From contig CAVOVX010000006.1 of the NCBI GenBank assembly GCA_963699965.1, positions 159,315 through 223,314 of the forward strand: a stretch of 64,000 bases of DNA. The letters run 5' to 3'. Of this stretch, positions 55,486 through 63,967 are shown piece after piece. The translations under genes were made by a program, and so were the position numbers. Position 1 is the first letter of the stretch. Every line of letters starts with the position of its first letter. Under the pieces are notes generated by a model. It did not search any database. It was not told the DNA's origin and saw nothing but the letters and a program-made list of their open reading frames with translations. This stretch comes from an uncultured Chloroflexia bacterium (GTDB lineage Bacteria; Chloroflexota; Limnocylindria; Limnocylindrales; CSP1-4).

Positions 55486-56884
55486 GTGACCACCGACACC
55501 GCGACGCTCGGCACGCTGATCGACGTCCAGCCAACGACCCGCGTCGGACACATGTCCCTTGCCCGGCGCTTCCTGCTGGCCAACCTGCTCGTGGTCGTCG
55601 TCGCCAGCCTCGCGGTCGGAGCGTGGGTCGGCTCCGAGCTGGAGAAGGGCGTGCTCGACCGGACCGCGTCGATCACGGCCCTCTACATCGAGAGCTTCGT
55701 CGAGCCGCAGGTCGAGATCATGTCGACGAACGGAGCGCTGACGGCCGCCAATGTCGACGCGCTCGACCACCTCCTGTCGGACACCCAGCTCGGCGAGCGG
55801 ATCGTGTCGTTCCGCGTCTGGACGCCCGGTGGCGTGATCGCCTACTCGCCGAACCGCGAGCTGATCGGGCGACAGTTCGAGCCCGGAGGGCGGCCTCGCA
55901 CACGCCCTGGCCGGGGCCGTCGCGACCGACATCAGTGACCTGAGCGGGCCCGAGAACACCTACGAGCGCCAGCGTTGGCCGAGGTTGGTCGAGACGTACG
56001 TGCCGGTTCGCGAACGCGGCGGTCCGCGGATCATCGGCGTCACCGAGTTCTACCAGCTCCCGGACGAGATCGACGCCGAGGTCGCGTCGGCACGCCTGGG
56101 ATCCTGGACGGTCCTCGCCCTCGCTGCCCTGGTCTCCTACCTCCTCCTGGCCGGGATCGTGAAGGGCGGCAGTGACATGATCGAGCGGCAGCAACAGGCT
56201 CTCCGCCGACGCGTCGCCGAGCTGTCCAGCCTCCTCGAGCAGAATGCCGGCCTCCACGACCGTCTCCGCCGCTCGGCTGAGCGAACCACCGCGCTCAACG
56301 AAAGCGGCTTGCGCCGGATCGGCAGCGACCTCCACGACGGACCAGCCCAGACGATGGCGCTCGCCCTGCTCCGACTCGACGAGCTCGATGCTGCGGGCGG
56401 CGTGTCAGAGGCCATCGGGAGTGCCCTCGACGACCTTCGCTCGATCGCCGCCGGGCTCCGCTCGCCGGCGTTCGACGACCTGTCGCTCGCTGACGTTGCC
56501 GAGCGAGCGATCCGCGAGCATGAGCGACGAACGGGCAAGTCCATCTCGTCGACCGTCGCGAGCCCGCTGCCCGTGGTCCCGGTCGTCACGAAGATCGCGA
56601 CCTATCGTGTGCTCCAGGAAGCGCTCTCGAACGCGACCCGGCACGCCGCCGGAGCGGAGGTCGAAGTCGTGATCGCGGCAACGCCGCGCGACGTCCGGCT
56701 CGAAGTCCGCGATCGTGGGCCGGGCTTCGACTCGGGCACGATCCGGTCTCACGCGCTCGGTGTCGCCGGAATGCGCGAGCGCGCCGAGCTCCTCGGCGGT
56801 TCCTTCGAAATCGCGCGTCGAACTGATGGCCCGGGCACGGTCGTCCGACTCGCCCTGCCCGTGAATGTTGGAGTCCAGGAATGA
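55486..56884 (+). pseudogene. Sensor histidine kinase (HisKA_3/NarX-DesK type) with periplasmic sensor domain, frameshifted near 55888
   Basis: The sequence runs through TM1 and a sensor domain, then shifts at IGRQFEP and reads EGGLAHALAGAVATDISDLSGPENTYE. TM2 follows, then the H-box RRIGSDLHDGPAQ and the ATPase motifs LSNATRHA, DRGPGF and GVAGMRERAELLGG. Confidence 0.85.
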
Positions 56885-57531
56885 CCGAAGCACTGAGCGT
56901 CGTCGTCGCGGACGACCACCCGCTTTATCGCGCCGGCGTCGTCAGCACGCTGAAGTCGGCCGGGCTCGACGTCGTTGGTGAGGCGTCGATCGCCCGGGAA
57001 GCCATTCGTCTTGTCCGGGATCACCAACCCGATCTCGCATTGTTCGACGTGACGATGCCCGGTGGCGGCATCGCAGCGGCAGCCGAGGCTCATCTTGCGA
57101 GTCCGGCCACCCTCGTCGTAATGCTCACCGTCTCGGAGGACGAGGATGACTTGGTCGCCGCGATTGACGCGGGCGCGTCAGGTTACGTCCTCAAGGGAGT
57201 CGCGGGTCGTGAGCTCGTGGCGATCCTCCGTCGTGTCGCGCGCGGTGAGCGCTATGTGAGCTCGACCCTGGCCTGGGCAGCGCTAAACCGCCACGAGCCG
57301 CCCGCGACCGACCCGCTGGCCGAGCTGACCGACCGCGAGCGGGCGGTCCTTGACCTGGTCACGGAGGGGCTCAGCAACGCTGAGGTCGGGCAGCGCCTCA
57401 GCCTGGCCGAGAAGACCGTGAAGCACTACATGACCTCCGTCCTGTCCAAGCTGGGGGTGCGCAGCCGGGTGGAGGCCGCCTTGATCGGCTACCAGGCTGG
57501 ACTCGGCCGCCATGGGGCAAGCCCCGTCTAG
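56881..57531 (+). CDS. NarL/LuxR-family response regulator
   Basis: The receiver domain has VVVADDHPLYR and the phospho-acceptor region DLALFDVTMPG. The C-terminal HTH is LTDRERAVLDLVTEGLSNAEVGQRLSLAEKTVKHYMTSVLSKLG. The ATGA overlaps the kinase stop. Confidence 0.9.
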   Translation: MTEALSVVVADDHPLYRAGVVSTLKSAGLDVVGEASIAREAIRLVRDHQPDLALFDVTMPGGGIAAAAEAHLASPATLVVMLTVSEDEDDLVAAIDAGASGYVLKGVAGRELVAILRRVARGERYVSSTLAWAALNRHEPPATDPLAELTDRERAVLDLVTEGLSNAEVGQRLSLAEKTVKHYMTSVLSKLGVRSRVEAALIGYQAGLGRHGASPV

Positions 57532-57534
57532 GGA

Positions 57535-58161
57535 TCAACCGCGGTAGCGGAAGCAGCCCGGCAGGTGGTCGTCGACCAGTCCCACGCTCTGCATGAACGC
57601 GTAGACGATCGTCGAGCCGACGAACCCGAAGCCGCGTCGGCGCAGGTCGGCCGACAGGGCATCGGAGACCGGCGTCCGGGCCGGGATCTCACCGTGGGTC
57701 GTGTGGACCGGAAGCGGAACCGGTGGCCCGGGCACCAGCCCGGCGAGATACGCCGCGAATGAGCCGCGTTCCCGGGCAACGTCGATGACGCGGGCCGCGT
57801 TGGCGATCGTGGCATCGACCTTCTGGCGGTTCCGGACGATCCCCGGGTCGGCGAGGAGCCGCTCGCGGTCCGGGGGACCGAACGCGGCCACGACCGCCGG
57901 GTCGAAGCCGCGGAACGCGGCCCAGAACGCTTCGCGCTTACGCAGGATCGTCGACCACGACAGGCCCGCCTGGAAGCTCTCGAGGGCGAGCCGCTCGAAG
58001 AGCTCGGTGTCGTCGGCGACCGGGACGGCCCACTCCTCGTCGTGGTAGACGACCATCAACGGGTCGGGTCGCGGTCCGTCGGCACCCGCCCAGGCGCACC
58101 GGGCGAGACCTGGGTCATAGGCGGGACGGGCCACCTCCGGCGAGGTCGCAGCTCGATCCAT
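57535..58161 (-). CDS. tag: DNA-3-methyladenine glycosylase I
   Basis: Motifs are YHDEEWAVP, LFERLALESFQAGLSWSTILRKREAF and FVGSTIVYAFMQSVGLVDDH. Confidence 0.9.
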   Translation of the reverse strand: MDRAATSPEVARPAYDPGLARCAWAGADGPRPDPLMVVYHDEEWAVPVADDTELFERLALESFQAGLSWSTILRKREAFWAAFRGFDPAVVAAFGPPDRERLLADPGIVRNRQKVDATIANAARVIDVARERGSFAAYLAGLVPGPPVPLPVHTTHGEIPARTPVSDALSADLRRRGFGFVGSTIVYAFMQSVGLVDDHLPGCFRYRG

Positions 58162-58196
58162 CGCCGGAGGATAGCCCGGCCCGTCCGAGGGCGGAT

Positions 58197-58955
58197 TCAG
58201 CCGCCGAGCGACAGCGGCTCGCCGGTCTCGAGCAGGGTCTTGAGCCCGGACAGGATCACCGACATCCCGCCCTGGAAGCTCCGGAACGTCGCCGTCTCGC
58301 CGTCGAAGTCGTCGCTCGTCACGACGAGCCGGCAGGTCTCACCCATCGGGGTGATCTCCCAGGTCATCCGATGCGGCCGGTCGGCCTTCGTCTCCTCGTC
58401 CCACACGGCATGGAACGTCGTGACGAGGCGGTTCGGCCGATCGACCTCGAGGACCGTGCCTTCGGCGGCCGGCGAGCCATCCGGGTAGGCGTAGGTCAGT
58501 GGCGCGCCCGGCTCCCAGGTCGAGCTGACGATCGTGCCGTAGTAATAACGAGCGGTGTCGGCCCCATCGGTGATCGCCCGCCACAGGCGGTCGGGCGTCG
58601 TCCGGATGTAGACCTCGTAGACGTGCGTCGGTCGGGTCGCGATCATGTCTGCCTCCAGGTCTCTCTTCATGGCGCTCAGGGCGGACGCCCAGGGCGCGCT
58701 GAACTTGCTCACCCACCGGTCGGCGATGAGCTGGATCGGAACGGGGTTGAGGTAGTGGAGCTTCTCCCGGCCGACCTTCCTCGTGGCGATCAGCCCGGCG
58801 GCCTCGAGAATCCGCAGGTGCTTCATCGCCCCAAAGCGGGTCATGTCCAACCCGCCGGCCAGCTCCCCCACCGTCTGACCGTCGCGAGCGAACAGCCGGT
58901 CGAGCAGCAGGCGGCGGGTCGGATCGGCCAGCGCCCGGAACACCTCGTCGTCCAT
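58197..58955 (-). CDS. ArsR-family HTH regulator fused to SRPBCC (AHSA1-like) domain
   Basis: The HTH region is FRALADPTRRLLLDRL...TVGELAGGLDMTRFGAMKHLRILEAAGL. The C-terminal SRPBCC part is VYIRTTPDRLWRAITD...FHAVWD. The ATG at 58955 is preferred; the ORF is open to a GTG at 58985. Confidence 0.8.
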   Translation of the reverse strand: MDDEVFRALADPTRRLLLDRLFARDGQTVGELAGGLDMTRFGAMKHLRILEAAGLIATRKVGREKLHYLNPVPIQLIADRWVSKFSAPWASALSAMKRDLEADMIATRPTHVYEVYIRTTPDRLWRAITDGADTARYYYGTIVSSTWEPGAPLTYAYPDGSPAAEGTVLEVDRPNRLVTTFHAVWDEETKADRPHRMTWEITPMGETCRLVVTSDDFDGETATFRSFQGGMSVILSGLKTLLETGEPLSLGG

Positions 58956-58964
58956 GCCGCCGAC

Positions 58965-58992
58965 AATATGTGACCAAATGGTCACTTGTCAA
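58965..58992 (-). promoter_or_regulatory. Promoter TTGACA-N16-CATATT with a 7-2-7 palindromic operator (GTGACCA-AA-TGGTCAC, 58970-58985) spanning the spacer and the first base of the -10 element
   Basis: On the minus strand the -35 is at 58992..58987 and the -10 at 58970..58965. The predicted transcription start lies within a few nt of the ATG at 58955, so the mRNA would be near-leaderless. Confidence 0.45.
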
Positions 58993-59298
58993 GTGGTGGG
59001 CCCGGGCGCGGGTCAAGGCACCGAAGCAACGGCCCAGCGGACCGTGTCACCTGATCGTTCGGCGACGAGTCGCCGGAAGCCGTTTCTCGACACGTGACAT
59101 TCAGAACGAGCGTTGGTCGACGTCTCGGCCGGATTCGGCGGCGGATCCTTGTCAGAGGCTCCTGAAACGGTCCGGTGTCAAGGAAACGCGATGCGGGCGC
59201 TGACGTGCGACCGCCTGACGTGCACCTGACAAGAAATCGCCCGTCTGCAGGCCGACTGCCAACGTCTGAGCCAGAGCCGACGAACTCGGGCTGACCCT

Positions 59299-59736
59299 CT
59301 ACTGGACGCAGAACTCGTTCCCCTCGGGGTCGTTCATCCGGACCCAGTACTCGCCGCGCTGGTCCATCGCGCCACGCTCGTCTGTCGCACCCAGCCCCTT
59401 GAGTCGGGCGACCTCGGCGTCTACCCGTTTGCGTCGCTCCTCGACCGGGACTGCGTGCCCGCCGCCGGCGTTCAGGTCGAGGTGCATCCGGTTCTTGGCG
59501 ACCTTCGACTCGGGCACCTTCTGGAGGAAGACCCGCGGACCGCTGCCGTCGGGATCCTCGAGCGCTCGGGCGTCATTCCAGTGATCCTCGGGGATGCCCT
59601 GGGCTCGGGCCCAGTCGTCCCAGCTCGCGAACTCGGGTGGCGGCGTCGGGATCTCGTAGTGGAGCGCCTCGGCCCAGAACGCCGCGAGGCGTGCCGGATC
59701 TGCACAGTCGATCACCACCTGGACCTTCGTTCCCAT
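59299..59736 (-). CDS. VOC (glyoxalase/bleomycin-resistance/dioxygenase) family protein
   Basis: 145 aa, with VVIDCADPARLAAFWAEAL...RMHLDL...DPEGNEFCV. Confidence 0.85.
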   Translation of the reverse strand: MGTKVQVVIDCADPARLAAFWAEALHYEIPTPPPEFASWDDWARAQGIPEDHWNDARALEDPDGSGPRVFLQKVPESKVAKNRMHLDLNAGGGHAVPVEERRKRVDAEVARLKGLGATDERGAMDQRGEYWVRMNDPEGNEFCVQ

Positions 59737-59783
59737 CCGTCCCTCCGTCGCTCACGAGATGCTCGTCGAGTCTGGGCCCGATA

Positions 59784-59802
59784 GCTGACACGCATTGTCA
59801 GC
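59784..59802. promoter_or_regulatory. Perfect inverted repeat GCTGACA-CGCAT-TGTCAGC upstream of the VOC gene
   Basis: The 7-bp arms are at 59784-59790 and 59796-59802, 48 nt upstream of the VOC start codon, in a divergent spacer. Confidence 0.35.
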
Positions 59803-59870
59803 ATTCGGCGGATTCGGCAACCCGGAGTCGGCTACCCTGCCCGGCGACCCGCTGGCGCCGCTGTGCCAAG

Positions 59871-60101
59871 ATGACGGGCGGAGGTACGACCAGCATGGCA
59901 CTCGGAAGCGCACCCAACCCGGGGATGGTCGGCGATGACGCCCAGCGGGCGATCGAGGACAACCCGCTCCATGCGGATGACGGGGTCTCGGAGGAGCGCG
60001 TCGGAATCGCCGTCGACGACCTCGACGAGGACGAGCAGGCCGCCGGCGATGCGGTGGCGCGTCCGCGATCCTGGCTGGACCGCCTGCTCGGACGGGGCTG
60101 A
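59871..60101 (+). CDS. Small acidic hypothetical protein (76 aa)
   Basis: An ATG ORF with acidic, non-shadow-like composition (DDAQRAIEDNPLHADDGVSEERVGIAVDDLDEDEQ). No Shine-Dalgarno or family recognised. Confidence 0.25.
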   Translation: MTGGGTTSMALGSAPNPGMVGDDAQRAIEDNPLHADDGVSEERVGIAVDDLDEDEQAAGDAVARPRSWLDRLLGRG

Positions 60102-60110
60102 CCGGCGCGT

Positions 60111-62981
60111 CTACCGGATCCGCATCGTCCGTGAGGTCAGGTTGCGGCCGCCGGCACGGTCGGTGGCGGTCACGCTGAGGGTCAGCTTCCCGGAGCGGCC
60201 GCCCGGCTTGAGCTGCCAGGTGGCTCGCCAGGTCGTCGGCCCGATCTTCTTCAGTTTCACGGAGTAGGCGGCCAGGCCGGGCTGGCGGACGGTCAGCTTC
60301 GGCTTCGTCCTCCTCTTCAGCCCCTCGCTCGTGACGACGGTGAGGGTCAGCTTCCGGCCCCGCCTGGCGCTCGTGACCGAGGTCGTCAGGTCGAACGCCG
60401 CCGCGCGAACCGACGCCTGGTGGGTCTCGCCTACGCCGCCGATCGTGGCCGCGACGAGGATCCGGTAGGTCCCCTGCGGGACGAACCCACCGGCGTCGTT
60501 CCGGCCGTCCCAGGCGATCGCGACCGGCCCGGCGGGGTACGACCCGGCGACCGTCCGGACCGTCGCGCCGGCGCCGTTCACGATCGTCAGCACGACGTTG
60601 GCAGGGCGCTTCAGCGTGAACGTCGCCTGGGTCCGCGGCGTGAGCGCGTCACGGTCCTGTGGGTAGAACCGGGCCGGTGAAGGCGCGAGCCCGACGAACG
60701 ACCCGAACACCCTGACCGCGGCCGTCCGGCTCGGTCCGGCATTCCGGGCGCGATCGAGTGGCGTCAGGGTCAGCGTGTAGTCGCCGTCGGCGACATACGC
60801 ACCGGCATCGTTCCGGCCGTCCCAGGCGATCGAGCCGGGACCGGCCACGCCGACCGGGAACGTCGCGGTCCGCACCGCGGGCCCGCCCCCGGCCGGACTG
60901 ACATCGAGCCGGACCGCGCCGCTCTCGCTGAGGGCGTGGGTCAGGGCGACACTGTCGGCCAATCCGTCGCCGTTCGGCGAGAACTGGCCGGTCGACGGGA
61001 CGACCGAACCCGGCGCCCCGAGGGTCGGCGCGGTCCGATCGATCGTGAACGCGACCGTCCGGGTCGGCTCGCGCCGTCCGGTCACGTCGGTCGAGCGGAA
61101 GGCGACCTGGTGGAGCCCCGCCGCCGACACCACGATCGGTCCGCCGTACGGCCCGAGCGGGGCACCGTCGAGGGCGATCTCGGTCGAGGCGACCCCGCTC
61201 TGGGCGTCGGTTGCCTGGAGGCCGACGGTCACGTCGTCGCGGAAGAAGCCCGGCTCGCCGACCGGACCGGTCAGCTGGGCCGTGGTCAGCGGCGCGGTCA
61301 GGTCGACCTTGACCTCGACCGACCGGGTCCGCTCGACGTTCCCGGCCACGTCGACCGACCAGTAGTCGAGCTCGTGGTCGCCCGAGTGAGCGATCGAGAG
61401 CGGAGCGTTGTAGCGGGTCTTCTTGCCGCCGTCGAGGCTGTAGTACGTCGCCCGGAGACCACTGAACGCGTCCTTGCCGGTCAGCGTGACCTTCGCCGCG
61501 GTCGTGTACCAGCCGCTCGGATCGAGCGTCCCCGAGACCGCCGACGTCGTCGCCGGGTCGGTCGCATCGAGGTCGAACGCGCCGCCCTTCGTGAACGCGG
61601 TGGGGTTGTTGCCCCACGGCTCGGTCCCGGCGTACGACCAGCTGTAGTGGCCGTCCGGGATGAGCGTGCCGCCGCCATCGCGAACGTCCCAGTCGAACGT
61701 CGACCAGGCGTCGGTCGCGCTGAGCGTCTTGATCGTGTCGCCGGCCGAGTTGCGGATCGTGATCGTGCCGTCGAGCGGCTCGGACGCCCGGACGATCACC
61801 CGGAACGTGTCGAAGACGTAGTCGCCGTTCGGACCGATGAGCGTGCCGGGCGGATCGTAGTTGTAGAGGGTCGCCGGGGTGCTGTCCGCCGGGTGGAGGA
61901 GATCGGCCCGAACGTAGCCCTCGCCGCCGGCGAGCGGCCGGACCTGGACGACCCGCGAGCCGTCGGGCAGCGGCGCCGCCTCGGCCAGGACCCGCAATCG
62001 GCTGTCGATCGCGAGGGGCCCGACCGGCGTCGTCAGGCCCGGGTCGGCGAAGAGGTCGGCAGCGCCAGCCACGGTAGCGGCGCCGGGCACGACGAGCGCG
62101 GCCGGGGTGACATCGGTCGCCGGATAGGCCGTCCTCGTGACGAGCTTGGCGGTGAGGCCCGGGTCGTAGACGATCGAGTGGTAATACGGGCCCTTGGCGA
62201 CGTTGGTCGGGTCCATCACGATCCTGGCGCCGGTCGTCCGGAACGCATCCCAGGCGATGTCGTTGCCGTGGTAGGTCGGCACGCCGTGGAACAGCTTGCT
62301 CATCGACGTGCTGGCGGTGAACAGGCGGCTCATGTACGGGGTGTTCGCGTCGTAGGCGTCGGCGATGACCGTCCGGGCCCCGGCCGCGAAGAAGCCCGCT
62401 CCGTAGTTGTCGACCCGCTGCTTCTTGTCGGCCAGGGTGCCGGTCGGCAGGCCGGGCTCCGTGTTGCCCGAGGCGTAGCACAGGTGGAACAGCAGGACGA
62501 CGGCGTTCGGGGCGAACCGGATCTCTGAAGCGACCTGGGCCTCGCCGTAGTAGACGTGCGCGGAACCGTTCGCTCCGCTTGGCGGATCGAGCCCGAGGCC
62601 GTTCTGGCTGAACGGCCAGAGCGCGTCGCGGTACTTCGACGGCCAGCCGTTGCCGTGCCCCAGGTACACGAAGATCGACGCCCCCTGGGCGGCCTTCTTG
62701 ACGGCCGGCCAGGTGGCATTCGGCGTCTTGATCAGGACGACGTTCTTGGTGTACTTCCGGGCGACCTTGGCCAGCGCGTCCGCGTCGGCCTTGTAGTGGC
62801 GGTTGGAGCTGCCGACCGGACCGCTGACGATCACCACCTTCGGGTTGACCGGGGAGGCGGCGGCCGCAGCCGGCGCGAGGGTGGCTCCGAGCGGCAGGAC
62901 GGCACCGACGGCCAGGAGGACCGCACCAAGAGAGCGGATGAGCACGGCCGGGATCCGCCGGCGCGCGGTCGACTCGTTCAC
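60111..62981 (-). CDS. Large secreted multidomain protein: N-terminal His/Cys (gingipain/caspase-like) module, three FlgD-Ig-like domains and two OmpL47/chitobiase-C-type Ig-like domains
   Basis: The GTG at 62981 opens VNESTARRRIPAVLIRSLGAVLLAVGAVL, a signal that may be Tat-like. The His/Cys motifs are IFVYLGHGNGW and VVLLFHLCYASGN. FlgD-Ig signatures are FSPNGDGLADS...WDGRNDAGAYVADGDYTL and WDGRNDAGGFVPQGTYRI. The Ig-like domain signature is GWYTTAAKVTLTGKDAFSGLRATYYSLDGG...DYWSVDVAGNVE. Confidence 0.8.
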   Translation of the reverse strand: MNESTARRRIPAVLIRSLGAVLLAVGAVLPLGATLAPAAAAASPVNPKVVIVSGPVGSSNRHYKADADALAKVARKYTKNVVLIKTPNATWPAVKKAAQGASIFVYLGHGNGWPSKYRDALWPFSQNGLGLDPPSGANGSAHVYYGEAQVASEIRFAPNAVVLLFHLCYASGNTEPGLPTGTLADKKQRVDNYGAGFFAAGARTVIADAYDANTPYMSRLFTASTSMSKLFHGVPTYHGNDIAWDAFRTTGARIVMDPTNVAKGPYYHSIVYDPGLTAKLVTRTAYPATDVTPAALVVPGAATVAGAADLFADPGLTTPVGPLAIDSRLRVLAEAAPLPDGSRVVQVRPLAGGEGYVRADLLHPADSTPATLYNYDPPGTLIGPNGDYVFDTFRVIVRASEPLDGTITIRNSAGDTIKTLSATDAWSTFDWDVRDGGGTLIPDGHYSWSYAGTEPWGNNPTAFTKGGAFDLDATDPATTSAVSGTLDPSGWYTTAAKVTLTGKDAFSGLRATYYSLDGGKKTRYNAPLSIAHSGDHELDYWSVDVAGNVERTRSVEVKVDLTAPLTTAQLTGPVGEPGFFRDDVTVGLQATDAQSGVASTEIALDGAPLGPYGGPIVVSAAGLHQVAFRSTDVTGRREPTRTVAFTIDRTAPTLGAPGSVVPSTGQFSPNGDGLADSVALTHALSESGAVRLDVSPAGGGPAVRTATFPVGVAGPGSIAWDGRNDAGAYVADGDYTLTLTPLDRARNAGPSRTAAVRVFGSFVGLAPSPARFYPQDRDALTPRTQATFTLKRPANVVLTIVNGAGATVRTVAGSYPAGPVAIAWDGRNDAGGFVPQGTYRILVAATIGGVGETHQASVRAAAFDLTTSVTSARRGRKLTLTVVTSEGLKRRTKPKLTVRQPGLAAYSVKLKKIGPTTWRATWQLKPGGRSGKLTLSVTATDRAGGRNLTSRTMRIR

Positions 62982-63094
62982 AGGCGACGACCTTCCCACA
63001 CTCCAGCGCTCCGCACCATGGGGTATACGGACCAGACCGACCCCGGACGAAGGCGTGAGCGGAGCACGTGGCCGGTTGGGCTGGCCTGTCGGGC

Positions 63095-63967
63095 TCAGAG
63101 CTCCCGGCGCCGGAACGACAGGATCGTCAGGCCGAGGATCCCGACGACCCACAACAGGCACCAGCCGAGGTAGGCGGCGGCAGGGCCGGTCGCGGCGAAG
63201 AACGGGTTGGCCTGGAGGATCTCGGGCGACCGGTTGGAGCTGATCGCGGCGATCACCGCCGGTGGCTCGAGAGCGAAGATCGTCGCGCGCCACAGTCCGT
63301 CCGACGGGAACATGAACCGGGCGATCGAGCCGACCGTCCCGAGCGAGTCGACGCCAAGCGCGGCGCCCACGCCCCCGAGGACGCCGATCCCCCAGGCCAG
63401 GCCGAACAGGACCACGGCGACCGCACCGCTGGCGATCGCCGGCAGGCGGCTGCTAAGGAGCAGGGTCACGGTCAGCACGACGAGTCCCTGGGCGGCGAGC
63501 CCGGCGGCGGCGGCGAGCGGATCAGGCGGACCGTAGCCGGAGGCGAGCTTCATCGCTCCGATCTCGAGCAGGGCGGCGACCACGCCGTAGGTCGCGACGA
63601 CGATCCCCAGCCCGATCCAGCGACCGACTACGAAGGTCCCCCGTCCGAGCGGCCGCGCCAGCATGGCCAGGAGCACGCCCGACTCGACATCGGCCGCGAT
63701 CGCCGGGGCCGACAGGAACGCGGCGGTCGCCGCGAGGATGAAGCTGAACATGAACGCGCACAGGATGAGGATCTGGCTGACCCCCAGCTGGAGCCGAAGC
63801 TCGCCGGTGCCCCGCTCGCGAGCCTGGCTGACGAGGTACTCGAAGCCCAGCCCGGTGAGCACCACGATGACCACGGTCAGCGCCACCAGGGCCCACAGGG
63901 TTCGCCGCCGGAGCGCCTCCAGGAGGGTCAGCCGGACGATCGTCGGGACGAGCCGGAGACCGCTCAC
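63095..63967 (-). CDS. ABC-2 type transporter permease
   Basis: 290 aa with 6 TM segments. The GTG start overlaps the stop of an upstream minus-strand gene (GTGA at 63964-63967). Confidence 0.7.
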   Translation of the reverse strand: MSGLRLVPTIVRLTLLEALRRRTLWALVALTVVIVVLTGLGFEYLVSQARERGTGELRLQLGVSQILILCAFMFSFILAATAAFLSAPAIAADVESGVLLAMLARPLGRGTFVVGRWIGLGIVVATYGVVAALLEIGAMKLASGYGPPDPLAAAAGLAAQGLVVLTVTLLLSSRLPAIASGAVAVVLFGLAWGIGVLGGVGAALGVDSLGTVGSIARFMFPSDGLWRATIFALEPPAVIAAISSNRSPEILQANPFFAATGPAAAYLGWCLLWVVGILGLTILSFRRREL

